Assembly: GCA_037131105.1 (NCBI GenBank)
Contig: JBAXRQ010000001.1
Location: forward strand, 560,589 to 624,588
Direction: 5' to 3'
DNA: 64,000 bases
Origin: a bacterium
GTDB lineage: Bacteria; Patescibacteriota; UBA1384; CAILIB01
Numbering within the stretch: position 1 is the first letter of the stretch; each line of letters opens with the position of its first letter. Position numbers and translations under genes: made by a program. The notes under the pieces are model-generated. The model saw only the letters and a program-made list of their open reading frames with translations, ran no database searches and was not told the DNA's origin. Below are positions 43,785 through 52,350 of this stretch, in pieces.

Positions 43785-45713
43785 TTACTCTTCAGAAGAA
43801 TGAAATAGCGGAATATGCAGCCTGCGAGCCTGTCTTCCGATCTCTTCCTGTAACAACTGGCTATACAGCAGCAGCCCTATCGACTCCATGTTGCCGTGCT
43901 GCTCATGACCCAGGATATTGCCACCACCGCGTATCTCAAGGTCCCGCAAGGCAATAGACCAGCCGCTACCCAAGGTATCTGCCTCCATAAGTGCCTCAAG
44001 CCTTCTACGGGCGTTCTCTGTAGTCGTAAGCACCTCAGGTTGCAGCTCATAGCCGGCCCTCTCTACCCCGCCCACCATAAAGTAAGCAAAAGCCTGGGTA
44101 CGGCGGCGGCCTACCCGTCCGCGCAGCTGATACAGGTCGGAAAGGCCGAACCACTCGCTATGGAGTACAACGAGCGTATTGGCACTCGGACTATCTAGTC
44201 CGTATTCAACGATGCTTGAAGCCACCAGCACATCGATTTCACCCGCCAAAAACAGGCTCATCGCCTCAGCCAGGGCGTTTTCCCCCATCTGGCCGTGGGC
44301 CATGCAGATCACTACCTCCCCTTTTGACTTAGTACTGGCCCGGGCGCCGTCGGCAAAGTACGTAGACTTCAATCCCCCGGCAGTAAGGATAGTAGATACA
44401 CGCTCTAACACGAGCGGCAATGACTGTACCCGATTGTGAACCACATAGGTCTGGCCGCCACGTTTGATTTCCGCCAGCATGGCCTTTCCCAACACTTTGT
44501 CCTGGTAGGGACCCACCTCAGTCGTGACCGGGAGGCGGCCCTGGGGAGGCGTACGAAGTATGCTGAGGCTTCTTAGACCCGAAAGACTCATCGAAAGCGT
44601 ACGGGGAATTGGCGTGGCTGACAGCGAAAGCACGTCGATACTTGGGCGAAGCTCCTTAAGACGCTCCTTTTGTCCGACGCCGAACTTCTGCTCCTCATCC
44701 AGGATAAGCAGACCAAGGTCCTTGAACTGGACGTCCTTCCCCAGCAGTCTATGAGTGCCGATGACTAAATCCACACTACCATCAGCAAGCCCAGGCAATA
44801 CCGCCTGGTTTTTAGTCCCCGTGAGTCGTGAGATATGCCCCACCTTCACTGGCAGATCTGCGAATCGCTTTTCCAGAACCACGTAATGCTGCTCAGCCAG
44901 GACCGTAGTAGGTGCGACAAGGGCCACCTGCTTGCCCGAGGCTATGACCTGGGCGGCCGCTCTCAGAGCCAGCTCGGTCTTACCAAAACCGACATCGCCG
45001 CAGATAAGCCTGTCCATAGGAAGCCTTCTGGCAAAATCCTTTTGCATTTCATCCCACGCCCGGGCCTGGTCTTCGGTCAGGTCAAAATCCACTTGGCTTT
45101 CTAGCACGTTCTGCCACTCTTCTGCATGGGGAAACGGTTCACGCTCAGTCAGCTGACGCTGGGCATAGATCTGTAAGAGCTGGCGGGCTATGGCAATCAG
45201 ATCCTTCTGGATACGCTCCTTCGTACGTAGCCAAGCCTTAGAGTACAGCCTGGTCAGTCGTGGGTGCCGACTACCAATATATGGCATCAGTTCCTTATAG
45301 CGATCGTAGGGAAACAGCAGCCGGTCGTTACCAGCGTACTGTAGGGAAACAAAGCGTTTTTCTCCCTCCGCAGACATACGTGTCTCTATCCGTTCAAAAA
45401 TACCTACTCCGTGGAACGGATGAACTACATATTCGCCGGGCCTAATCGTGCCATGCTCGGTCTCAATCTCATTAGCAACAACTTCGGGGGTAAGCTCAGT
45501 AAGATTCCAGTCACCCTCCTCACCTCGCTCCATCTTTTCTAGATCGGCGTCAAAGAAATGAAACCGATATGCCTTCGAAGCAGACACCGGCCACCAGCTG
45601 ACCGTATCTCCGCGCACTACGAAATCACCGGATTGGTGTATCCGGTCTACCTCCTGATATGAGTGCTTCCTTAGAAAAAGCAGTAACTCCGTGTACGATA
45701 GCATCCGGGCCAT
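43785..45713 (-). CDS. mfd: Short Mfd-like transcription-repair coupling factor (CarD/RNAP-interacting domain plus RecG-like helicase; lacks the N-terminal UvrB-homology D1-D2 domains)
   Basis: GEYVVHPFHGVGIF (CarD_TRCF RID), helicase motifs GDVGFGKTE, DEEQKFG, SATPIPRT; 642 aa versus ~1150 for canonical Mfd. Confidence 0.75.
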   Translation of the reverse strand: MARMLSYTELLLFLRKHSYQEVDRIHQSGDFVVRGDTVSWWPVSASKAYRFHFFDADLEKMERGEEGDWNLTELTPEVVANEIETEHGTIRPGEYVVHPFHGVGIFERIETRMSAEGEKRFVSLQYAGNDRLLFPYDRYKELMPYIGSRHPRLTRLYSKAWLRTKERIQKDLIAIARQLLQIYAQRQLTEREPFPHAEEWQNVLESQVDFDLTEDQARAWDEMQKDFARRLPMDRLICGDVGFGKTELALRAAAQVIASGKQVALVAPTTVLAEQHYVVLEKRFADLPVKVGHISRLTGTKNQAVLPGLADGSVDLVIGTHRLLGKDVQFKDLGLLILDEEQKFGVGQKERLKELRPSIDVLSLSATPIPRTLSMSLSGLRSLSILRTPPQGRLPVTTEVGPYQDKVLGKAMLAEIKRGGQTYVVHNRVQSLPLVLERVSTILTAGGLKSTYFADGARASTKSKGEVVICMAHGQMGENALAEAMSLFLAGEIDVLVASSIVEYGLDSPSANTLVVLHSEWFGLSDLYQLRGRVGRRRTQAFAYFMVGGVERAGYELQPEVLTTTENARRRLEALMEADTLGSGWSIALRDLEIRGGGNILGHEQHGNMESIGLLLYSQLLQEEIGRQARRLHIPLFHSSEE

Positions 45714-45806
45714 AGTAGCATTAGATGGTCTTTCCTGAAAGTAGTAAGGGATATTTCCAATTGTATGAATACAGATTAATACTTCATATATATGATTAAA
45801 TATGAG

Positions 45807-45835
45807 TTGACAAGAAAAGTTGGCTATGGTAGTAT
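45807..45835 (+). promoter_or_regulatory. Sigma70 promoter TTGACA-17-TAGTAT on the plus strand, in an otherwise minus-strand region
   Basis: Consensus -35, good -10, AT-rich upstream region. Confidence 0.55.
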
Positions 45836-45841
45836 CAGATC

Positions 45842-45985
45842 ATATTTGAGCGACCAGGTTGTCTATCTATCTACGCAGCCAACGATCTTTGCCCCTCCTT
45901 TGGATCGGGCCCGCAAGGGCCGGCACGTAGATAGATACATCACCTGGTCCAAGCACAAAAACACCGCCTTCAAGCGGTGTTTTTA
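45842..45985 (+). ncRNA. Candidate ~145-nt small RNA: outer 8+13-bp stem enclosing a hairpin with a 15-nt C-rich loop (UUUGCCCCUCCUUUG) and a GCAA-tetraloop hairpin, ending in an intrinsic terminator
   Basis: Transcript bounded by the promoter at 45807-45835 and the terminator at 45957-45985; 64-codon ORF has no SD and unusual composition. Confidence 0.4.
45957..45985. terminator. Bidirectional intrinsic terminator (aaaaa-acaccgcc-ttcaa-ggcggtgt-ttttt) serving the small RNA candidate (plus) and the rplK transcript (minus)
   Basis: 8-bp GC stem flanked by A5 and T5. Confidence 0.7.
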
Positions 45986-46136
45986 GTTGCAAGCGGTAAA
46001 CGTGTCCGGTACAGATCCCGTAAACGTTTTCAGGGAGATGAATTTTGAGGAAGAAGTGAGTATTCGACCGAGGCGTACTGACGTACGTCGAGGAAGAAAC
46101 GGAGCTTCTGACAAAGAAATTCGCTCGCTGAAACGT

Positions 46137-46568
46137 TTACTTTTCGACGTCGACGCCCATGGATCGAGCAGTTCCCGCAATTATCTTAGCCGCCTCCTCA
46201 GGAGTACGTGCGCTAAGGTCCGACATCTTGATCTCAACGATCTTGGCCATCTGGTCCTTGGTAAGGGTACCGATCTTGGTCTTCTTTGGATTGGCGGAAC
46301 CTACCTTGATACCGAGTGCCTGCTTAATTAGTACGGCTGCAGGTGGCTGCTTCAGGATGAAACTGAAGGTACGGTCCTCGTAGATGGTAATTTCGCAAGG
46401 AATGATGGTATCGCCCTTGTCCTTGGTAGCCTCATTGAACTGCTTACAGAAGTCCATGATGTTAATACCTTGAGGACCGAGAACAGTACCTACTGGAGGT
46501 GCAGGCTGTGCCTTACCGGCTGGACACTGCAGCTTGATGATAGTCTTGATTGGCTTTTGAGTGGCCAT
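46137..46568 (-). CDS. rplK: 50S ribosomal protein L11
   Basis: Canonical L11 sequence (KLQCPAGKAQPAPPVGTVLGPQGINIMDFCKQFN...). Confidence 0.92.
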   Translation of the reverse strand: MATQKPIKTIIKLQCPAGKAQPAPPVGTVLGPQGINIMDFCKQFNEATKDKGDTIIPCEITIYEDRTFSFILKQPPAAVLIKQALGIKVGSANPKKTKIGTLTKDQMAKIVEIKMSDLSARTPEEAAKIIAGTARSMGVDVEK

Positions 46569-46571
46569 GGC

Positions 46572-47180
46572 TTAAACCTGAGTTAATTGTAGGTAGTCGA
46601 GTGTGACAGGGGTCTCGCGTCCAAACATAGAGACGAGAACCTTTACCTTGCCCTTCTCGACGTCGATGGAGTCAACCTTGGCCTGGAAGCCCTTCAGAGC
46701 GCCATCGGTGATCTGGACCAGGTCACCGTTCTTGTACTCGATCTTGTACTTAGGCTCCTCGATCTGCATACGGCGGCGAATGGACTCAACCTCAGTGGGA
46801 GACATCGGGGTGGGACGAACTCCGAAACCGATGAAGCCGGTGACGTTCGGGGTATTACGAACGACGAACCACGACTCTTCAGTCACCATCATGTCTACCA
46901 TGACGTAGCCAGGGAAGATCTTCTTCTCGACGGTGCGACGCTTGCCGTTTTTGATTTCAATCTGCTTTTCAACCGGTACCAGCACATCGAAGATCATGTC
47001 ACCCATGTTCAGAGACTCAATACGCTGATGCAGGTTCTGAGCTACCTGATCCTCATATCCGGAGTAGGTGTGGATAACATACCAGTTACGCTCACCGGAC
47101 TGTTTGCCGGTTGTGCGACCAGAAAGACGAGAAACCGTCTCTTCCTGGGCCTGTGGTGACTGCTGCTGTTCGCTCGACAT
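46572..47180 (-). CDS. nusG: Transcription termination/antitermination factor NusG (with ~30-aa N-terminal extension)
   Basis: NGN domain (WYVIHTYSGYE) and KOW domain (GDLVQITDGALKGF). Confidence 0.9.
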   Translation of the reverse strand: MSSEQQQSPQAQEETVSRLSGRTTGKQSGERNWYVIHTYSGYEDQVAQNLHQRIESLNMGDMIFDVLVPVEKQIEIKNGKRRTVEKKIFPGYVMVDMMVTEESWFVVRNTPNVTGFIGFGVRPTPMSPTEVESIRRRMQIEEPKYKIEYKNGDLVQITDGALKGFQAKVDSIDVEKGKVKVLVSMFGRETPVTLDYLQLTQV

Positions 47181-47189
47181 AGAGGCCGG

Positions 47190-47387
47190 TTATTTGTTGA
47201 CGATAAAACCGAGGCCGTGAATGAACACATAGTCCACACCGGCTACAAAAGCAGTGAAGACGACCAGTCCGACCACGACACTCACAAAGTGCTGAAGGAG
47301 CACCGGAAAAGTGGGCCAGACTACTTTACGTAGCTCAGCCTGTACTCCGCGGAAATAGGTGGTCAGCCAGGCTAGTGCCTTTTTCAT
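47190..47387 (-). CDS. secE: Preprotein translocase subunit SecE
   Basis: 65 aa, single C-terminal transmembrane helix, upstream of nusG. Confidence 0.8.
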   Translation of the reverse strand: MKKALAWLTTYFRGVQAELRKVVWPTFPVLLQHFVSVVVGLVVFTAFVAGVDYVFIHGLGFIVNK

Positions 47388-47388
47388 A

Positions 47389-47760
47389 CTAGACGGTCTT
47401 TGCGGTTGCCTTCTTTGGTGCAGCGGCCTTAGGAGCCTTCGTAGCAGAGGTGGAGATAGTAGTAATCTTTACCTGTGTCAGCTGCTGACGGTGACCGAGA
47501 GTGCGACGCTGACGCTTCTTAGGCTTGTACGTCACTACCCTGATCTTTGGTCCCTTGCGCTGGGCAAGAACCTGGGCCACGACAGTAGCCCCCTCGATAA
47601 GAGGGGCTCCAACGATAGGATCTCCATCCTCCTGAACAAGAAGAACCTTGTCAAAGGTGATGTTGTCGCCCTCGTTTCCTTCCAGCTTTTCAACTGAAAT
47701 AACGCTGCCGGAACTTACTCGATATTGTTTGCCACCCGTTTCAATTACCGCGAAGGACAT
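47389..47760 (-). CDS. rplU: 50S ribosomal protein L21 (with Lys/Ala-rich C-terminal tail)
   Basis: MSFAVIETGGKQYRVSSG...KPKKRQRRTLGHRQQLTQVKI matches L21. Confidence 0.8.
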   Translation of the reverse strand: MSFAVIETGGKQYRVSSGSVISVEKLEGNEGDNITFDKVLLVQEDGDPIVGAPLIEGATVVAQVLAQRKGPKIRVVTYKPKKRQRRTLGHRQQLTQVKITTISTSATKAPKAAAPKKATAKTV

Positions 47761-47838
47761 GCCGATTCGTTAGAGTCTGATAGGATTGCGCTGGACAATT
47801 AAAAAAATCCCTAGTGCACTTACTGTACCAGATTAGCC

Positions 47839-48960
47839 TTAGAAGGTCAACCGCTTATACCGAATCACTACTGACTGGACAATTCCCAGGGCCAGCATAT
47901 TGGTGAAAAGAGTGGTGCCGCCGTAACTGAGTAGCGGCAACGGGATACCAGTAACTGGCATTAGACGGATGTTCATCCCAACGTTTACGAGCACCTCGAT
48001 CAGTACCTTGGCAAGCACCCCGATACAGATAAGCATGCCAAAATCATCCTTGGCAATGCGGGCGGCCTGCAGAACCCTATAGAGTAGAAAGAAGTATATT
48101 CCTAGTATCGCCCAGGTTCCCACCAGTCCCCAGGCCTCGGCAATACCAGCAAAAATGAAGTCAGCATATACAACAGGCAAGAAGTTCAGCTCTGACTGAC
48201 TCCCATAGCCTAGTCCTTTTCCGGTCACACCTCCCGAGCCAACCGCGATAACCGACTCCTGCACGTTGTAGCCGGTCTTCAAAGGGTCTCGCGAAGGATC
48301 GATAAAACTGGCCAGCCGGTCCTTCTGGTATTCCTTCAGAATCTTAGAGAAAGGAGCCACTTCTTTAAATGATAACGAGACCACTGTAATCACTAGTACT
48401 AGTCCCGTGATAATCGTAACCAGCTGCCATCTCCTGAGCCGGGCATGCAGAAGTATTACCGTCCCAGTGAATGCTACGACAATAGCGGTACCGAGGTCGG
48501 GCTGAAGCATGATGGCTACAACCGGAAGAAGTATAGCCCCGACTACCATGGCAAAACGTCGGCCCGATACCGCCATACGCGCCCGGCTCAGTAGCGCAGC
48601 CACTACGATGATGATGACCAGCTTCTCTATCTCAGCAGGCTGAAGCTGGAAAAATCCCAGATTGATCCAACGCTGGGCACCGAAGTCACTCTTTCCTATT
48701 GCTGGGATGCGGACCAGTACCAGGCCAATGAGACCGGCCAAATAGATCCAGTTCGCCCAGCTGCGCAAACCACGATAGTCTATAAACGTAGCTGCCAGCA
48801 TAAGGACCACTCCGATAACCCCAAACACGGCCTGATGCTCGTACAGCCCAGGACCACTGGAATCAACAGTAAGGGTGTAGATGAAGACAACGCTTATGGC
48901 CAACAGGATCAACGGCAGCAAATAGAGCCAGGGATCGAAGGTCTTAAAGCGATTCCACAT
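47839..48960 (-). CDS. ftsW: SEDS-family peptidoglycan glycosyltransferase (FtsW/RodA)
   Basis: 10 transmembrane segment pattern and conserved SEDS blocks. Confidence 0.8.
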   Translation of the reverse strand: MWNRFKTFDPWLYLLPLILLAISVVFIYTLTVDSSGPGLYEHQAVFGVIGVVLMLAATFIDYRGLRSWANWIYLAGLIGLVLVRIPAIGKSDFGAQRWINLGFFQLQPAEIEKLVIIIVVAALLSRARMAVSGRRFAMVVGAILLPVVAIMLQPDLGTAIVVAFTGTVILLHARLRRWQLVTIITGLVLVITVVSLSFKEVAPFSKILKEYQKDRLASFIDPSRDPLKTGYNVQESVIAVGSGGVTGKGLGYGSQSELNFLPVVYADFIFAGIAEAWGLVGTWAILGIYFFLLYRVLQAARIAKDDFGMLICIGVLAKVLIEVLVNVGMNIRLMPVTGIPLPLLSYGGTTLFTNMLALGIVQSVVIRYKRLTF

Positions 48961-51818
48961 TAGGACGAGATAAGGTCTATATAGACACTCTCACCACCTA
49001 CTTGTGTCTCCACCGCATCAGTAGGGCGCCAACTATTCTCATCAAGACGTAAGAACGTGTCCGACAGAATATCGGCACGTAGCAACGGTTCCACGAGGTG
49101 CCTACCTGAAGGATCGACCACTAACAGCACCTCCTGACCTGGCTGTAGTCCTCGCTCCTTACGGAGTTGCTGGACGGTGCGCTGGAAGTCACGGGCCAGA
49201 CCGGCTTGTACCAGCTCATCTGTGAGTACAAAGTCCAACTCTACCGAAACGGCCGTTTCAGTGGTCTCGGCTTGGACCTTCAGTACATTCAGCTCTTCAC
49301 CCAGGATAGTAAGCAACTCCTGACGTACAGGGCGCAAGAAGTAAGCAGTCGCCTTGGCTAGGGGCTGGCGAACCTTGACCTTTTCAGACGCCCGGAGAGA
49401 TAGGCCTAGCTCAACGGCGGAACGTACCTCAAGCATTTCCTCATCCAGCTTCTCATCTCTTCCCGACAGCTCTCCTGGCCACTCTTCAAGATGGACCGAC
49501 TGGGGCTGTGAGTCGTGGCGCAGAGTCTGGTAAATCTGCTCACTGAGGAATGGAGTCAGCGGCGCCAGCATCACCGACAGATTCATGAGCACGTCATGAA
49601 GTATTGCGAAGAACGCCTGGTCATCCCGCTTACGGGAACGACGCAGATACCAGGTGGAAAGATCTCCCATATAACCTTCCAAGGTGCGCCCGGCCCGCAT
49701 AAAGTCGTAGGCCTCCATATGAGCGGTCACCTCAGCGCTAATCCGAGACTGCTGAGAAAGTATCCACTGGTCAAGGGCATTCTCCTGATTCTGGCGAGAA
49801 GCCTCGCGGTCCTCGGGGCTGGGTGCCTCAAAGTCGGCCAGATTGGCGTAGGTAACAAAGTAATTGAAGACGTTCCAGTAGAGCATCAGACCGCGACGGA
49901 AGGCTGTCTGAATCTCTTTGTGGCTCATGGCCTTCGACTCGCCTGGAGAGTTGACGGTGAGCAGAAACCAACGGATGGCATCGGCCCCGTGTTTAGCAAA
50001 CATCTCCCAGGGATCAAAGACATTACCCAATGACTTGGACATTTTCTTGCCGTCCTCGTCGACCAGGTGGCCCATGCACATCACCCTCTGGTAGGCGGTA
50101 CCGCGACCAGTAGCCGTACTAATGGCCTGCATGGTATAGAACCATCCCCTTGTCTGGTCCACTGCCTCAGCAATGTAGTCAGCTAGGAACTCACCGGCAG
50201 CCTCACGTCCGGAAGCATAGGGCATGGCCCCTGAGTCGAACCAGACATCGAGCACGAAGGGCTCATGGAAATACTCTTCCCCGTCCTTGACCAGCACTAT
50301 CTCATCCACTGAGGGACGATGCGGGTCAAACTCCTCCCCTACTTGAGAAGGGTCCTTGGCAAGCGATCTGAGCTCCTCAAAGGAACCGACACAGAGACTC
50401 TTTCCTGAAGCAGCCACCCAGATCGGCACCGGACTTCCCCAGAAGCGCTCTCGCGAGACCGCCCAGTCACGGGCCTCCTTAATGAACTCACCGAACCTAC
50501 CGTCCCGGATATGCTCTGGAAACCACTCTACCTGGGAGTTATTGGCTACCAGCTCACCTCTCAGCTTGGACATGGCAATGTACCAGGAATCTTTGGCGTA
50601 ATACAGTAATGCAGTCTTACAGCGCCAGCAGTGCGGATAGCTATGGGTGATGGTCTGCTTGGCGTAGAGCTTCCCCTTGCCGGCCAGGTCCTTGATGATG
50701 TCGATGATGGCATCCTTGGCGTAGCTTCCGGCAAACTCCTTCACATTTGGTAGGAAGTGGCCGTCGGGACCCACCGTATGCATCAGGGCCAAGCCCTCGT
50801 CCTTGGCCATGGTGAAGTCGTCCTCCCCGTACATGGGGGCCTCATGGGCGATACCGGTTCCGTCGGTCGATGTGACAAAATCAGCATGTACCACCACGAA
50901 CTTCCTACCCTCAGCATCAGCCAGAGGCTCTGGATAAAGTGGCTCATAGGAATTCCCTATAAGCTCAGAGCCCTTGAACTCATCAACGATGACATAGTCG
51001 CCCTTGAGTACCTCGAGGCGTTCCTTGGCGACAACGTATTCACGACCTTCCTGGGACACTGCCACATAGTCAATATCCTTACCGACAGCTAGTGCGGTAT
51101 TACCAGGTAGCGTCCATGGGGTGGTGGTCCAAGCCAGTACTAAACGGTTCGGATTGTCTATAAGGGGGAAGGAGACAAAGACCGAGATATCCTTGACGTC
51201 CTGATATTCCATGGCCACTTCGGCAGCAGATAGTCCGGTGCCGCAGCGCGGACAGTAAGGCAGCACTTTGTAACCCTTGTAGACTAGGTCACGGTCCCAG
51301 ATCTGCTTGAAGGTCTCCCAGACCTTTTCCACATACTTCGGCTCATAAGTGATGTAGGGATTCTCAGTGTCCACCCAGTAGCCAGTACGAGGTACGAACT
51401 TGTCCCACTCCTGCTTGAACTCCCAGACGCTGGTCCGGCAGGCATCGTTAAACTGACGCATAGAAGCCGCCTCGTCCCCAGGGACCAGGTTCAATACCTC
51501 CTTTTTCCCAGCCAAACCTAACTTCTTCTCTATTTGTACTTCTACAGGAAGGCCATGTGTATCCCAGCCGGCCTGGCGGCGCACATAGTCACCGCGCATG
51601 GTCCGGTAGCGGCCGACCACATCCTTAAAGGTCATGGGGACCATAGTATGCAGGGGCGGCTTGGCATTGGCTGTGGGCGGCCCGTCGTAGATCACATAAG
51701 GGGTCTTGCCGGCGTTACGCTCGACACTCTTTTGAAATATCTTTTCAGACTGCCAGAAGGAGAGAACCTCCTCTTCCTGGCCCGGAAAGTCAGGCTGGGG
51801 AGCAACAGGTTTGAACAT
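48960..51818 (-). CDS. ileS: Isoleucyl-tRNA synthetase, type 2 (eukaryote/Thermus-like); HIGH position reads PLHT, KMSKS intact
   Basis: YDGPPTAN...RTMRG...GWDTHGLPVE alignment to type 2 IleRS; YCPRCGTGL editing/zinc region; KMSKSLGN. Confidence 0.9.
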   Translation of the reverse strand: MFKPVAPQPDFPGQEEEVLSFWQSEKIFQKSVERNAGKTPYVIYDGPPTANAKPPLHTMVPMTFKDVVGRYRTMRGDYVRRQAGWDTHGLPVEVQIEKKLGLAGKKEVLNLVPGDEAASMRQFNDACRTSVWEFKQEWDKFVPRTGYWVDTENPYITYEPKYVEKVWETFKQIWDRDLVYKGYKVLPYCPRCGTGLSAAEVAMEYQDVKDISVFVSFPLIDNPNRLVLAWTTTPWTLPGNTALAVGKDIDYVAVSQEGREYVVAKERLEVLKGDYVIVDEFKGSELIGNSYEPLYPEPLADAEGRKFVVVHADFVTSTDGTGIAHEAPMYGEDDFTMAKDEGLALMHTVGPDGHFLPNVKEFAGSYAKDAIIDIIKDLAGKGKLYAKQTITHSYPHCWRCKTALLYYAKDSWYIAMSKLRGELVANNSQVEWFPEHIRDGRFGEFIKEARDWAVSRERFWGSPVPIWVAASGKSLCVGSFEELRSLAKDPSQVGEEFDPHRPSVDEIVLVKDGEEYFHEPFVLDVWFDSGAMPYASGREAAGEFLADYIAEAVDQTRGWFYTMQAISTATGRGTAYQRVMCMGHLVDEDGKKMSKSLGNVFDPWEMFAKHGADAIRWFLLTVNSPGESKAMSHKEIQTAFRRGLMLYWNVFNYFVTYANLADFEAPSPEDREASRQNQENALDQWILSQQSRISAEVTAHMEAYDFMRAGRTLEGYMGDLSTWYLRRSRKRDDQAFFAILHDVLMNLSVMLAPLTPFLSEQIYQTLRHDSQPQSVHLEEWPGELSGRDEKLDEEMLEVRSAVELGLSLRASEKVKVRQPLAKATAYFLRPVRQELLTILGEELNVLKVQAETTETAVSVELDFVLTDELVQAGLARDFQRTVQQLRKERGLQPGQEVLLVVDPSGRHLVEPLLRADILSDTFLRLDENSWRPTDAVETQVGGESVYIDLISS

Positions 51819-51830
51819 AATAATGTGAGG

Positions 51831-52244
51831 TTAGAGGACTCCGTCCAGAGCCTGGTTTACCAACTTGTCGGCCAAGGCGTTCTGGGCGCGGCGGACATGG
51901 ACGAACTGGTACGGGATAGTGAGAGCGGACAGCTGCTGGAGAACCTTGGCGTGCAGCGTTTGCAAGAACGGTTCCTTTACCTTGTATTCACGTCGAATTT
52001 GCTTTACTACCAGCTCGCTGTCCAAATTGAAAAGAATAGAAGTTATGCCCTGAAGGGCAATAATCTGAGGCAGCTGCTCAAGTGCGTCAAGCACGCCGGT
52101 ATACTCGGCAACGTTATTGGTAGCGTCCCCTATAGTACGGGCATGCTCCAGATGGAACCCCTCGGCGTCAAAGACCACGCCAACAGCGGACGGACCTGGA
52201 TTGCCGCGAGCGCCTCCGTCGGTGTGAATAGTAAGGGTAGACAT
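51831..52244 (-). CDS. rnhA: Ribonuclease HI
   Basis: IHTDGGARGNPGP...; the ATG at 52244 is preferred over the upstream TTG. Confidence 0.8.
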   Translation of the reverse strand: MSTLTIHTDGGARGNPGPSAVGVVFDAEGFHLEHARTIGDATNNVAEYTGVLDALEQLPQIIALQGITSILFNLDSELVVKQIRREYKVKEPFLQTLHAKVLQQLSALTIPYQFVHVRRAQNALADKLVNQALDGVL

Positions 52245-52350
52245 AGATTCACAGTAGCGCAATTCGAGTCTTTTCTCAATGCGATCCTGGCCTACCTATC
52301 GCTGAAAACTGATCGCAGTCGGAAATTAGATGCGCGCCTTCGGCGCACGC

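Noticed and set aside
45842-45985. Assignment of the small RNA as SRP (4.5S) RNA
   Set aside because: A GNRA hairpin and a GCAGCCAA segment are present. The arrangement is multi-branched rather than a single long helix-8 hairpin, and the motif is on the wrong side. It is left as an unassigned ncRNA pending a covariance-model search.
45792-45986. 64-aa plus-strand ORF downstream of the consensus promoter
   Set aside because: There is no SD. The ORF ends exactly in the terminator hairpin. The sequence is better explained as a structured small RNA.
52244-52262. Upstream TTG start for rnhA (ORF-track start 52262)
   Set aside because: The downstream ATG gives the conserved RNase HI N-terminus (MSTLTIHTDGG). 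The TTG would add 6 unconserved residues.
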